Shown here: one piece after another, positions 6,466 to 15,983 of the stretch | How positions within the stretch are numbered: the first letter of the stretch is position 1 | Layout of the letters: every line of letters starts with the position of its first letter | Virus record (IMG/VR): IMGVR_UViG_3300027653_000026 | Location: 1 to 41,858 of that record | DNA length: 41,858 nucleotides | Origin: a virus | Taxonomy: Duplodnaviria > Caudoviricetes | Strand: one strand, 5' to 3' | Program-made: the position numbers and the translations under genes | The notes under the pieces: model-generated | The model's input: the letters and a program-made list of their open reading frames with translations, nothing else | Told to the model about the DNA's origin: nothing | Database searches by the model: none

Positions 6466-7059
6466 ATGGAGAAAGTTAAAATTTCACAAAAACAGGCAGA
6501 TGCAATTGAAAAGTATAAGCAAGAGGCTAGAAAGCAACATGCAAAAATGACTAATGTTAAGCCGCCTTTTGACACGGAAAGTTGGGCGTTGCCTTTGCAC
6601 TTTTTATCTACAACTGATTTTTCAAGGGCCTTGTTTTCAGGTTACGAGGTAGAGGATGAGTTTAAGGATGGCGATTGGGTAGCAGTCGAATGGGATGAAG
6701 GAAAAGACATAAATGTAATTGTTGGTTTTGAATCACACGGACGAATGATTGTTGACAATGAAGGACTCAACAATACTCCACCTAATGGGATTGTAAGACA
6801 CGCCACAGACGAAGAAATAGCAACAGAGAAACAGCGTAGGTTCTGGAATGGCAATAACCGTGATGTGTGGGAGTTGGATTTATACGATTGTGTTATAAAC
6901 AAATATGGGGCGCCATTTGTGGTTATGGGTGTAACTGACGACTATCTAAAAAACGGCACGAGTTACGAACTTAGCAATGGAACAGAATATCCGAAAGATG
7001 ATATGGAGCCTTTTTTTAAAGTGCTCTACTTTGCCGAAGACAGAAAGGACATCAACTAA
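6466..7059 (+). CDS. Hypothetical early protein
   Basis: 197-aa ORF with AAGGGG RBS. Confidence 0.75.
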   Translation: MEKVKISQKQADAIEKYKQEARKQHAKMTNVKPPFDTESWALPLHFLSTTDFSRALFSGYEVEDEFKDGDWVAVEWDEGKDINVIVGFESHGRMIVDNEGLNNTPPNGIVRHATDEEIATEKQRRFWNGNNRDVWELDLYDCVINKYGAPFVVMGVTDDYLKNGTSYELSNGTEYPKDDMEPFFKVLYFAEDRKDIN

Positions 7060-7406
7060 TGGACTTACAGCACCCGGACATAACTAAAACACTACTAACA
7101 GGTTACCCAACAAATGAAGATTTGGCCCGCGACAACGAGCCGTTAAATAAAGATTCATATGACGATTATACCACAGATGAAGGGGATGATCAAATGGATA
7201 ACGTAAAAGACTTTACTGTAAATGACGTTTTGGAGAGTGGGGCGAAGGTCGACATAACATTCTATGATTGCGTGGATTTACAGACTGCCTATGACAAATT
7301 AAAGCCATACCGACATTTAGGCAAGGTCGAAAGGGATCTAGCGATGAACGGCACTGTATGGCTACGTATCTACAGTAAAAACATTGACATCACAGCATTT
7401 TTATAA
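7059..7406 (+). CDS. Hypothetical protein (YqaI-like N-terminus; internal in-frame start at 7194)
   Basis: QHPDIT...TGYP motif; GAAGGGGATGA RBS before ATG 7194. Confidence 0.65.
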   Translation: MDLQHPDITKTLLTGYPTNEDLARDNEPLNKDSYDDYTTDEGDDQMDNVKDFTVNDVLESGAKVDITFYDCVDLQTAYDKLKPYRHLGKVERDLAMNGTVWLRIYSKNIDITAFL

Positions 7407-7423
7407 AAGGGAGAGGTTGAATA

Positions 7424-7963
7424 ATGACAAGTTTACATGATTTTTTAGATGAACAAGAAGAAACAGAAAAAGAATCGTTTGCGGTTACAGATGATAATAA
7501 GGCGAATTGGGCACTTAGAAAGATTGGTCAACTAAACGATCAGATAGATGATAACAACGCCTTAGCACAGTCTGAAATCGACAAAATAGAGCAATGGAAC
7601 AAAGAGGTTAATGTTTCATCAAGTAATAGCATTGATTACTTTCAATCTTTACTCGCACAATATGCAGCAGATAAAAAGGCAGAAGATCCAAAGTTTAAAT
7701 CTCTTAAACTACCAAATGGTAACTTTGGCTTTAGAAAACGCCAACCAAAATGGAACTATGATAATGAAAAAGTTGTGCAAGCATTAGAAAAAGCTGAAAT
7801 GAATGACTTGATAAGAGTTAAGAAAGAACCTGCTAAGGCAGATATTAAGAAAGCATTCGCCGTGAATGATGGACAGGTTATTAATCCACAAACAGGTGAA
7901 GTCATCGAAGGGATCACGATCGAAGAACAGGCAGATAGCTTCACATTGAAGGTGAGAAAATGA
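7424..7963 (+). CDS. Mu Gam-like host-nuclease inhibitor / DNA-end-binding protein
   Basis: ANWALRKI...KSLKLPNGNFGFRK...GEVIEGITI pattern; precedes ERF. Confidence 0.75.
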   Translation: MTSLHDFLDEQEETEKESFAVTDDNKANWALRKIGQLNDQIDDNNALAQSEIDKIEQWNKEVNVSSSNSIDYFQSLLAQYAADKKAEDPKFKSLKLPNGNFGFRKRQPKWNYDNEKVVQALEKAEMNDLIRVKKEPAKADIKKAFAVNDGQVINPQTGEVIEGITIEEQADSFTLKVRK

Positions 7964-8556
7964 GGATGTCAGAAAGTATTGTAGAAATATCTAAAGCATT
8001 ATCTAAATTCCAAGAAGAGGTTAAGCAGCCATTGAAAGATGCTAACAATCCTTTCTTTAAAAGTAAGTATGTTCCATTGGAAAACATTGTAGAGGCAATA
8101 GCGGGACATGGCCCAAAGCACGGACTCTCATTTGTACAATGGCCCTTGAATAATGAGGATGGGCGCGTTGGAGTAGCCACATTGTTAATGCATACAAGCG
8201 GTGAATTTATAGAGTTTGATCCAGTGTTTATGAAAGCAGATAAAGAGACGGCACAAGGAGCAGGGGCATTGATTACTTACCTTAAAAGGTACTCATTGTC
8301 TGCTATCTATGGGATCACGAGCGACCAGGATGATGACGGGAACGGAGCATCCGGAAACAACAGGCAACCAACAAGTAATCCCCCGCCTGCTAAAAAGCAA
8401 GTTCTTAAAGCGACATTGTTGTCGAAGTATGAGTTGGGCGGTAAAACTAAAGAGCAGTTTAATAAATGGTATGCAGCACAAACCGCAGAGGGAAAAGACC
8501 ACAATTACATGGATGCAGTTTTAACTAAGTCATTAGCAAATAAAAAGAAGGGGTGA
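7960..8556 (+). CDS. ERF-family single-strand annealing protein
   Basis: KDANNPFFKSKY...QGAGALITYLKRYSLSAIYGI...DDDG. Confidence 0.9.
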   Translation: MRMSESIVEISKALSKFQEEVKQPLKDANNPFFKSKYVPLENIVEAIAGHGPKHGLSFVQWPLNNEDGRVGVATLLMHTSGEFIEFDPVFMKADKETAQGAGALITYLKRYSLSAIYGITSDQDDDGNGASGNNRQPTSNPPPAKKQVLKATLLSKYELGGKTKEQFNKWYAAQTAEGKDHNYMDAVLTKSLANKKKG

Positions 8557-8560
8557 GCGA

Positions 8561-8905
8561 ATGAGTTTTAATCCACAACCTAAATCTGGCATCAAGCATA
8601 AGAGGATTAAACCATTGCGTAGAAACATCACTAGGATTACAAAAGAAGTCAGTGACGAGGTGTTGAGGCGCTCCGAAGGTAAATGTGAACGTTGTGGCAG
8701 AAGTCGCGCATACGCCTTTGAAAGAGCGCATTTGGTCCAGGCATCACAAGGTGGATCGGGAAGTGATCCCGCGAACATAGTTCTTTTATGTGGCCCTAGC
8801 GTTAACAAAGGCACATGCCATTGGTTCGCTGATTCAACCGCCGAGGGTCGAGAGTGGCGCAAGGCTAAACGAAAAGAGTTGTTAGCAAAATATGGACAAG
8901 CTTAA
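8561..8905 (+). CDS. HNH endonuclease
   Basis: CERCG...AH...GG...N...LC...CH. Confidence 0.8.
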   Translation: MSFNPQPKSGIKHKRIKPLRRNITRITKEVSDEVLRRSEGKCERCGRSRAYAFERAHLVQASQGGSGSDPANIVLLCGPSVNKGTCHWFADSTAEGREWRKAKRKELLAKYGQA

Positions 8906-9278
8906 AGAATTATACAACAGCATCAATAAATTAGACGAAGAAAACCCTGCTGAACTATCACGAATCATCACATTGTACAGCAGGTCATTACAGTTGATCG
9001 GAAACTACCATGCGGATGCTATTAGATCACATGGAAAAGCTTACGCCACGCGCAAAACGACATGGGGGAAAACAATGCATGACACTGTAGGAACTGGAAT
9101 TGTAAAAGAAGGCGCTGCTGAAATAGCAATCTACGTTTTACGCAAGGATGAGGCAGAAGCTGAATCAGAGGTTTGGAAGTGGCGCAATCAGTTCCAATCA
9201 ACGCAAGAAATCATTAACTCGCTGAAAATACAGCTTAAAACGCTGATGACAGAGTATCAGAATAGTAATCAATTATGA
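8892..9278 (+). CDS. Hypothetical helical protein
   Basis: 128-aa coupled ORF. Confidence 0.7.
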   Translation: MDKLKELYNSINKLDEENPAELSRIITLYSRSLQLIGNYHADAIRSHGKAYATRKTTWGKTMHDTVGTGIVKEGAAEIAIYVLRKDEAEAESEVWKWRNQFQSTQEIINSLKIQLKTLMTEYQNSNQL

Positions 9279-9436
9279 ATAAATCAATGGTTTTATTGTC
9301 ACCTGAACTGTGGACTAAGGCATCAACAAAGGAAGAGTTAAAAAGCAGTATTTCATGGTATATGAACAAGAATTACCCATCTTACATTGTACTAGAGGTG
9401 CACAAATATTATGCGGTTTGCGATATAGGGAGATGA
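9275..9436 (+). CDS. 53-aa hypothetical protein
   Basis: ATGA overlap with previous gene; fills gap in operon. Confidence 0.55.
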   Translation: MNKSMVLLSPELWTKASTKEELKSSISWYMNKNYPSYIVLEVHKYYAVCDIGR

Positions 9437-9440
9437 ATCA

Positions 9441-9605
9441 ATGGAGAGGGAATATATTTTGGTGGAATATTGCAGGGGTATAACAGAGTTGACTGAATTC
9501 TTGGAGGAAATTAACCCTGATGACCTAATGGAGGTTAGTGAAAGAGCCGGTTATACAGTCGTTTATAAAAGCCGGAGTAGGCATTCATGGGAATACGAGA
9601 GGTGA
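9441..9605 (+). CDS. 54-aa hypothetical protein
   Basis: AGGGAG RBS; fills gap up to the initiator gene. Confidence 0.55.
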   Translation: MEREYILVEYCRGITELTEFLEEINPDDLMEVSERAGYTVVYKSRSRHSWEYER

Positions 9606-9609
9606 CGGC

Positions 9610-10314
9610 ATGAAGAAAAGTTATTACGCAATAATACCCGCAAATGTTAGGTATGACAAGGAATTAATCAGTGGTGCGAAGTTGCTTTACGGAGAGATAA
9701 CAGCCCTATGTAATGAGAAAGGTTATTGCTGGGCTAACAACGCATACTTTGCGGGATTGTATGAAGTTAGCAACGTTACTATATCAACATGGGTTAATCA
9801 ACTTGCGAGAAACGGATATATAAGCACTGAAATGATCTACAAAGAGGGTACCAAAGAAATCCTTAATAGGTATATAAGAATAGTTAATGACCCTATTAAA
9901 GAAAAGCTTAATACCCCTATTAAAGAAAAGCTTAAGGATAGTACTACAAGTACTAATACTACAATTAATAAAGACCATGCGCCAAAAATAAAAGAACTTT
10001 TGTCGGTCTTCTCTACTATTCCAAACTTTACAGCCATTAACAAGAAATACTGGGATGCTATAAGAGAAACAAGAGTCACCAAAAAAGTAGCAGAGAGCGT
10101 TATTTATAGAAACATGAACGCCTGGAAGAAGTACGATCCCATTGTTGTTGAATACGCACTTAAAGAACACATTGATAATCACGTAGGCAAAAAAGAAGAA
10201 TACACAATCGGGATTATGCGGAACACTCCAAAGGCGGAGGCGCAAGGCAGATTAAACAATCCTATTAATACTAAAGGAGCGGTTGATATAAATGAGTTCG
10301 ACCTTGATGACTAA
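9610..10314 (+). CDS. Replication initiator (N-terminal winged HTH)
   Basis: SYYAIIPANVRYD...AKLLYGEITALCNEKGYCWANNAYFA; GAGGTGA RBS before 9610; internal iterons. Confidence 0.85.
   Translation: MKKSYYAIIPANVRYDKELISGAKLLYGEITALCNEKGYCWANNAYFAGLYEVSNVTISTWVNQLARNGYISTEMIYKEGTKEILNRYIRIVNDPIKEKLNTPIKEKLKDSTTSTNTTINKDHAPKIKELLSVFSTIPNFTAINKKYWDAIRETRVTKKVAESVIYRNMNAWKKYDPIVVEYALKEHIDNHVGKKEEYTIGIMRNTPKAEAQGRLNNPINTKGAVDINEFDLDD
9853..9935 (+). repeat. Iteron-like repeats, probable replication origin
   Basis: ccctattaaagaaaagcttaa at 9891 and 9915; degenerate aaagaaatccttaa at 9853; AT-rich tract follows. Confidence 0.75.
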
Positions 10315-10564
10315 AAGGCAAGTGGCGGAGTTGTTGAAGTTTGTAAATGATATTTATCCAAATGTACACCTAACGCAATCAAGGATCGATACATGGCATG
10401 CGTTACTAAAAGAACAGAATCCTGCAGCAGTTATGAAAAAAGCGGAAGAATATGTATTAGTGAACACGTTCCCGCCGTCTGTTGCTGATTTGATAACAGT
10501 TAGGCCCGAGAAAACGCGGGATCAAATAGAGCATGAAAAAATGTTAGCAGAAATGGGAGGGTAA
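10292..10564 (+). CDS. Helicase loader/inhibitor (SPP1 G39P-like)
   Basis: MTK..VAELL...YP...W...FPPSVADL; between initiator and helicase. Confidence 0.75.
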   Translation: MSSTLMTKRQVAELLKFVNDIYPNVHLTQSRIDTWHALLKEQNPAAVMKKAEEYVLVNTFPPSVADLITVRPEKTRDQIEHEKMLAEMGG

Positions 10565-10565
10565 C

Positions 10566-11816
10566 ATGTCATATTTAGAACGTGAAATACTGGGATGTTT
10601 TTTGAAAGACAATACATTGATCCAAGAAACAATCATACAAGCAGCACATTTTAATGAAGAGTCTAGCAAACTACTATATCAATCAATGCTTGTCCTGGTA
10701 TCTGAAAACAAGCAAGTGGATCAAGTTACATTGTTAGCTACTAATTACGAATATATTCAACAGCTAGGTGGCCCTGACTTCATCACGAAGTTAGAGGCTA
10801 CCGGCAATGTAGAACACTTTGAATCATATGAGCGTGAATTTATTGATCAATATAAACAAAGGGAGACTGAAAGAGTTATCAAGGGTTGGCTAAGTAATGA
10901 CAATAAAGACAGCCAAGATTTGATAAGCGAGTTACAGCTACTTGATGATGTCGGTCATTCAGATGATCCTGATAAAAACGCGACATTGAAAGAAATGCAT
11001 GATTTGCCATTCTTGGAAGATGTGGAGGATGCGGGCGTTCCTAGCGGGTTTAATTCATTGGATGCGCTGACCGGAGGCTTTCAAAATCATGCAAGTTACA
11101 TCCTGGGAGCGCGGCCGAGTGTCGGGAAAACGGCTACCATGCTTAAGTTCGCTTTAAGCGCTTCTAAGAACAATGCGGTTCCGCTCTTATTCTCGCTCGA
11201 GATGTCAGAGGAAAGCTTACTAAGGCGCTTAATTGCAACTGTAGGACGTATTAATCTGTTTATCGCAAGAAATCCGCACAAGTTGTCAGCAGGAAAGAAA
11301 GAAGACTGGAAAAAAGCGGTTAACATCTTGTATCAGCTAGACTTTGAAATATATGATAAGCCGATGCAAACGATCCAATATATTCGATCAAAAATACGTA
11401 AGGCAAAGAAGAAACATGAAGGTAAGCAAATAATTGTTTTAATAGACTACCTGACGTTAATTCATAACGCCGGTACATTCCATTCAGACCATGCCAAATA
11501 CACCGACATAAGCGCCAGATTGAAGGCTATGGCACAAGAATATGATTGCCCGGTAATTACATTGGCGCAATTATCGCGGGGTGTTGAACAGCGGAATGAT
11601 AAACGGCCTATGTTATCGGATTTGAGAGAATCCGGAAGCATTGAACAAGATGCTGACATGGTCATGTTCCTGTATCGCGAAGGTTATTACGATAAAAGTT
11701 CAGACGATGACAACATCGAGATCATAGTAGCTAAACATCGAGACGGCCCAACCGGCACAGTTACAGTCTATTACAACAAATCAACAGGGATCATGGCTGA
11801 TTTAGATGCAGGTTAA
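10566..11816 (+). CDS. DnaB-family replicative helicase
   Basis: GARPSVGKT, FSLEMS, IDYL, AQLSR, DLRESGSIEQDAD, KHRDG. Confidence 0.95.
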   Translation: MSYLEREILGCFLKDNTLIQETIIQAAHFNEESSKLLYQSMLVLVSENKQVDQVTLLATNYEYIQQLGGPDFITKLEATGNVEHFESYEREFIDQYKQRETERVIKGWLSNDNKDSQDLISELQLLDDVGHSDDPDKNATLKEMHDLPFLEDVEDAGVPSGFNSLDALTGGFQNHASYILGARPSVGKTATMLKFALSASKNNAVPLLFSLEMSEESLLRRLIATVGRINLFIARNPHKLSAGKKEDWKKAVNILYQLDFEIYDKPMQTIQYIRSKIRKAKKKHEGKQIIVLIDYLTLIHNAGTFHSDHAKYTDISARLKAMAQEYDCPVITLAQLSRGVEQRNDKRPMLSDLRESGSIEQDADMVMFLYREGYYDKSSDDDNIEIIVAKHRDGPTGTVTVYYNKSTGIMADLDAG

Positions 11817-12234
11817 AGAACTATTTGAACGATCTGCTAAAGCCGGATACTTGGATTTGCAAGCATTAATCATGTTCCTGGTATTTGAAAAAGATGTGTT
11901 AGCAATGGAAGATAGCGCTGAAAAACTTAAAGTTTACTACCAGGACAAGCACAGCGAACGAATGAATGAAGAGCTAAACGCCTACAAAAGTAAGATGAAT
12001 ATGAAGTATGATCCCGCATTATATGGGTTTAATCATGGCGGTGGATCAACTTATATATTAGCTAAGAGTGTTGAGCAGGCTAAGTTTATTGCAAATGATA
12101 ACGGGATTATCAGCAGCGACTACGAAGTATTAGGAAATGAAGAATTAATGAATTATGACGGCTTAGATATGCCAGTTAGCAACCTAGTAAACAATCAATC
12201 TATTGGAGTATTGGGAGGTTATGGGCATCGATAA
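11806..12234 (+). CDS. Hypothetical protein
   Basis: 142-aa coupled ORF. Confidence 0.7.
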   Translation: MQVKELFERSAKAGYLDLQALIMFLVFEKDVLAMEDSAEKLKVYYQDKHSERMNEELNAYKSKMNMKYDPALYGFNHGGGSTYILAKSVEQAKFIANDNGIISSDYEVLGNEELMNYDGLDMPVSNLVNNQSIGVLGGYGHR

Positions 12235-12325
12235 AGAAAAGGACATTATAAAAGATGAAAAACCAGTTGAAATAAAGGGTCAAACAAACATTTATGACTA
12301 TATAGGAGGAAATAATAATGAATAG
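12221..12325 (+). CDS. 34-aa peptide with clamp-binding-like motif
   Basis: [34 protein letters not shown]; overlaps both neighbours; RBS spacing imperfect. Confidence 0.45.
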   Translation: MGIDKEKDIIKDEKPVEIKGQTNIYDYIGGNNNE

Positions 12326-12743
12326 AACAGTGATGGTTGGAAGATTAGTAAGGGATGTAGATTTACGGTATACGCCAAACGGGGTCGCTGTAGCAAACTT
12401 TACAATAGCGGTTAATAGACCATTTAAAAACAAAGAAACAAACGAAACAGAGGCTGACTTCATCAATTGTGTAATTTGGAGAAAGCCGGCTGAAAACTTA
12501 GCAAACTACATGAAAAAAGGTAGTCAGATAGGCGTAGATGGTAGGTTGCAGAGCCGAACATATCAAGATAAGGACGAGAAGACGGTATATGTAACGGAGG
12601 TTGTCGCTGATTCTGTACAGTTTTTAGAGCCGAGAGATAGCAACCAATCGGAAGGCGGTCAGAATAAATCGCAAAGTAATGACGATCCATTTAAGAAGGA
12701 TGCTGAACCAATAGATATATCGGATGACGATTTACCATTTTAG
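12318..12743 (+). CDS. ssb: Single-stranded DNA-binding protein
   Basis: [24 protein letters not shown]; C-terminal DDDLPF. Confidence 0.95.
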   Translation: MNRTVMVGRLVRDVDLRYTPNGVAVANFTIAVNRPFKNKETNETEADFINCVIWRKPAENLANYMKKGSQIGVDGRLQSRTYQDKDEKTVYVTEVVADSVQFLEPRDSNQSEGGQNKSQSNDDPFKKDAEPIDISDDDLPF

Positions 12744-12795
12744 ATAGATGAATATAGTGGGGTGAAATTCCCCACAAATACAAGGAGAGGTAAAA

Positions 12796-13149
12796 ATGAC
12801 AACTAAAACAAGGAAAAACAAACATTGGACACAAGAGGAATTAGACTATCTCGAATACCATTACGGAATGAAAACTACCACGGAGATAGGCAAAAAGTTA
12901 GGTAGAACAGCAGCATCGGTTCGTGTGGCAGCTAATACCCGCGGTTTTAAATTACAAGGGCAACAAAAGTATGCGGTGTATGATGGTGACGATCTTAAGG
13001 TAATAGGCACACAAGAGGCTTGCATGGAGTTTTTAGACTTAACTTATGTGGGTTTTCACAGCATGAAAGCGCCGAGTTATGCAGAACGATCAAAGACGGG
13101 AATTCGGATTATTGACCTGGGAATGTGGAGGATTGATGAAGATGAATAA
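12796..13149 (+). CDS. Putative DNA-binding protein (Myb-like/HTH N-terminus)
   Basis: WTQEELDYL...EIGKKLGRT. Confidence 0.65.
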   Translation: MTTKTRKNKHWTQEELDYLEYHYGMKTTTEIGKKLGRTAASVRVAANTRGFKLQGQQKYAVYDGDDLKVIGTQEACMEFLDLTYVGFHSMKAPSYAERSKTGIRIIDLGMWRIDEDE

Positions 13150-13417
13150 ACAGGCGATAGAGATCATGTATTCAGATTTGCGTGAGGGTTACGCGGTTTT
13201 ACAGGGTGAGTATGAGCGGTTAAAAGACCATTGCGATGAGTTAAAAAAGATTGCACAGAATATCGAAACTGACAAAAATGAAATATGGATGGAGTACCGC
13301 GAGTATTACGAAAAAATGACGGAGATAGAAGACGGATACGAAGAGCTAGCAACGGCTTATAACAACGCGCAAAAGGAAATATCGATACTTGAAAATGGAG
13401 GTAATGAGAATGAGTAA
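13142..13417 (+). CDS. Coiled-coil hypothetical protein
   Basis: GGAGG RBS; heptad-rich. Confidence 0.65.
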   Translation: MNKQAIEIMYSDLREGYAVLQGEYERLKDHCDELKKIAQNIETDKNEIWMEYREYYEKMTEIEDGYEELATAYNNAQKEISILENGGNENE

Positions 13418-13634
13418 AGAAATTATGAAGGAAATAGAAGGCAACTGGAATTATGAAAGGTGCATCAAACCCGAGCATGTGGATTATCTTATAGAGCAAA
13501 ACAAGCGTTATCGTGAAGAACTTGAGTCATTGCTTAAGCACGCAGAGGAACTATCAGACAAAGACATCTTGATGAGCCCAACAGCAGTGGAAAAATCAAT
13601 AAAAAAGGCATTGGAGGGTGAATCAAATGAGTAA
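13410..13634 (+). CDS. Hypothetical protein (NKRYRE cassette 1)
   Basis: GGAGG RBS; shares 19-bp repeat with two downstream ORFs. Confidence 0.7.
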   Translation: MSKEIMKEIEGNWNYERCIKPEHVDYLIEQNKRYREELESLLKHAEELSDKDILMSPTAVEKSIKKALEGESNE

Positions 13635-14076
13635 AGATAAGTTGGAAGAAATGGAAAACGATTATAAAAATGGATTTCCCATAAACATTGAGTGGCTTAT
13701 CGAATACGCAAAAGAACAAGCTGAACGAGTTCCGGAACTGGAAAGTCACCTATCTAAAAATGGCAATAAGTATAGAAATCAAAACAAAAAACTGAGAAAA
13801 GAGTTAGATAGAGTGACTCGCCAAAGAAATAAACAACAAGGTAAAGCGATACTCAATCAAATGACAATCAATTTAGAAGATCATAAGAAAGAAATAAGAG
13901 AGAGAACTATAGAGGGATATAAGAACTTAAAGAACAAGCAGCGTGAACGAATAGAGGAATTAGAAGATGAAAACAAGCGTTATCGTGAATCTATGCAGAA
14001 GGCAATCGACCTTAGTGCATGGGGGAACGATGAATCAGCAAACATAATCATGGAAGCATTGGAGGCTAACAAATGA
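13627..14076 (+). CDS. Coiled-coil hypothetical protein (NKRYRE cassette 2)
   Basis: GGAGG RBS; coupled. Confidence 0.7.
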   Translation: MSKDKLEEMENDYKNGFPINIEWLIEYAKEQAERVPELESHLSKNGNKYRNQNKKLRKELDRVTRQRNKQQGKAILNQMTINLEDHKKEIRERTIEGYKNLKNKQRERIEELEDENKRYRESMQKAIDLSAWGNDESANIIMEALEANK

Positions 14077-14276
14077 CTAAAGAAGATTTTGCAGAAAGAT
14101 GGGATTCGGACGATGACGGTGGCGGTATAACTTTTGACGATATTGCGAAATGTGCTGAGGATTGGGGTCTGTATGAAAGACCTAAGACACACAACATAAA
14201 CGAGGTTCTCAAAAAAGTAGTCGAAGCATCAGGAGCAAGTGATTTAGTAATATTGGAGGATGAATCTAATGAGTAA
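14073..14276 (+). CDS. Hypothetical protein
   Basis: GGAGG RBS; ATGA overlap. Confidence 0.7.
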   Translation: MTKEDFAERWDSDDDGGGITFDDIAKCAEDWGLYERPKTHNINEVLKKVVEASGASDLVILEDESNE

Positions 14277-14553
14277 AGAGCGGTTGGAAAAGCTAAGGAA
14301 CGGGACAACGTTTAGCAGCGAGGATATAGACTGGATCATGGAGCGAGCAATGCTTTACGAAATTAGTCGAGATAGTTTCATTGTGGTTGATAAAGAAAAC
14401 GAACAATTGAGGGCGGAAAACAAGCGTTATCGTGAGGCGTTGGAGTTTTATGCAAAAAGAGGACATTATATTGCAAGTGGGTACCCGAATACAGAGTTGC
14501 AAGCAATAGAGTACGGAGAAATAGCGCGTAAATCATTGGAGGAATCCAAATGA
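14269..14553 (+). CDS. Hypothetical protein (NKRYRE cassette 3)
   Basis: GGAGG RBS; ENKRYREALEFYA. Confidence 0.7.
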   Translation: MSKERLEKLRNGTTFSSEDIDWIMERAMLYEISRDSFIVVDKENEQLRAENKRYREALEFYAKRGHYIASGYPNTELQAIEYGEIARKSLEESK

Positions 14554-14672
14554 AGAAATGCGTAGAATGCAACGATAAAATAGCGCAATATTGGAAAAAC
14601 ATAGAGCGCAGCCACTTTTGTGAAGAGTGTTTCCGCGATATATTAACGTTTAAAAAGGAGGATGACAAATGA
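14550..14672 (+). CDS. 40-aa Zn-finger peptide
   Basis: MKKCVECNDK...HFCEECFRD; GGAGG RBS; ATGA overlaps at both ends. Confidence 0.7.
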   Translation: MKKCVECNDKIAQYWKNIERSHFCEECFRDILTFKKEDDK

Positions 14673-15103
14673 GGGAGATTAAATTTAGGCGATGGGAAAG
14701 AATACCTATGTTACGAATGTCATTTCAAATGAATTATAATCCGACATTGGAATATGGGGAGGCTTATATTAACGATGCTTTTATAGAGTCGGAACACGAT
14801 TTACACAAAGAATCAATTTTAATGCAATACACAGGCTTAAATGACAGTAACGGGATAGAAATATATGAGGGTGATATTTGCAAACTATCAGATGAAGAAC
14901 CTTATTCTAATGAGTATATTTCAACAGATTATGACTGGGAGATGATCGGAAAGGTTGTATATCGGTACGGTTCCTATTGGGTAAGGATGGTCGAAGATAG
15001 ACACATACTGATTCCGTTGGTTAGTTATTTCAACAGTGACATGAGACTAGATATTATCGGAAATGAGTTTGAAAATCCCGAACTACTGGAAGTTAATCCA
15101 TGA
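14669..15103 (+). CDS. YopX-family protein
   Basis: MREIKFR.W...MQYTGLND.NG.EIYEGDI...IIGN.FENPELL. Confidence 0.9.
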   Translation: MREIKFRRWERIPMLRMSFQMNYNPTLEYGEAYINDAFIESEHDLHKESILMQYTGLNDSNGIEIYEGDICKLSDEEPYSNEYISTDYDWEMIGKVVYRYGSYWVRMVEDRHILIPLVSYFNSDMRLDIIGNEFENPELLEVNP

Positions 15104-15306
15104 ACTACCATGAGGCTAGAAAGCAATTCAAGCATGCACTAGGCAGTCAGAAATCTATCTCCATACCAAAGTTAAGGAACATACTAGAGATTATGAATAT
15201 ATCGCATAAGGGAAATAACGTATTGGTGACTAAACGTAGAGGCGATGTGGATACAGTGATTGAGTTTAGAGGTAAGCGTTATGTATATGATCCGGATAAT
15301 AAATAG
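15100..15306 (+). CDS. Hypothetical protein
   Basis: 68-aa coupled ORF. Confidence 0.6.
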   Translation: MNYHEARKQFKHALGSQKSISIPKLRNILEIMNISHKGNNVLVTKRRGDVDTVIEFRGKRYVYDPDNK

Positions 15307-15318
15307 GGGGTCGATCGT

Positions 15319-15672
15319 GTGAGCATGATACGGCAAAGGATATGGGACAAGTCAGGCGGTGTTTGTTGGTATTGTGGCGAGGGATTAAAGAGAGGTTGGC
15401 ACACAGATCACTTCTTGCCACTTAAAAGAAATCCAGACGGAACTATGAAGAATCCCGAGAATGATAGTTTTGATAATCTAGTTCCATCGTGTGCGAGTTG
15501 TAACATCATGAAGTCAGATATGGATATCGAGGGATTTAGGCGGCGCATTAATAACTTTATAGAGCGATTGAATCGGGATATACCAGTTTATAGGCACGCT
15601 GAAAGGTATGGATTAGTACAGGAAACAGGCAAGGATGTAGTGTTTTGGTTTGAAGATAATAGGGGGAATTGA
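15319..15672 (+). CDS. HNH endonuclease
   Basis: CWYCG...DH..P...NLVPSCASCN..K. Confidence 0.88.
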   Translation: MSMIRQRIWDKSGGVCWYCGEGLKRGWHTDHFLPLKRNPDGTMKNPENDSFDNLVPSCASCNIMKSDMDIEGFRRRINNFIERLNRDIPVYRHAERYGLVQETGKDVVFWFEDNRGN

Positions 15673-15673
15673 T

Positions 15674-15970
15674 GTGAATATAACCAACAAGATAGAGCAG
15701 TGGGCAATAGATAGAGACTTACACAATGCAGACCCCAATAAACAAATATTAAAATTAGGTGAAGAGTTTGGGGAATTGTGCGAAGGGATGGCAAAAGGCA
15801 AACATTTCGATATAGAGGATGCTATTGGTGATATATATGTTGTTCTCACAATCCTGTCAATGCAGATGGGTATGAGTGTTAGGGACTGTATTGAAATAGC
15901 TTATAACGAGATTAAAGACCGCAAGGGTAAAATGATCAATGGGGTATTTGTTAAAGAGGGCGACTTATAA
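15674..15970 (+). CDS. MazG-like nucleotide pyrophosphohydrolase
   Basis: KLGEEFGEL...DAIGD...AYNEIKDRKG; GTG after AGGGGG. Confidence 0.85.
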   Translation: MNITNKIEQWAIDRDLHNADPNKQILKLGEEFGELCEGMAKGKHFDIEDAIGDIYVVLTILSMQMGMSVRDCIEIAYNEIKDRKGKMINGVFVKEGDL

Positions 15971-15983
15971 ATAGGGGGATTCA

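Larger units (their letters stand above)
13498..14435 (+). repeat. Three exact 19-bp repeats plus repeated gene-junction sequence
   Basis: aaaacaagcgttatcgtga at 13498, 13970, 14417; attggagg(g/a)tgaatc(a/t)aatgagtaaaga at 13610 and 14252. Confidence 0.9.

Noticed and set aside
12757-12775. gtgggg/ccccac hairpin after ssb as a terminator
   Set aside because: No U-tract on the coding strand; function unsupported
13498-14435. CRISPR-like array
   Set aside because: Repeats are 447-472 bp apart and in frame inside ORFs; no cas genes
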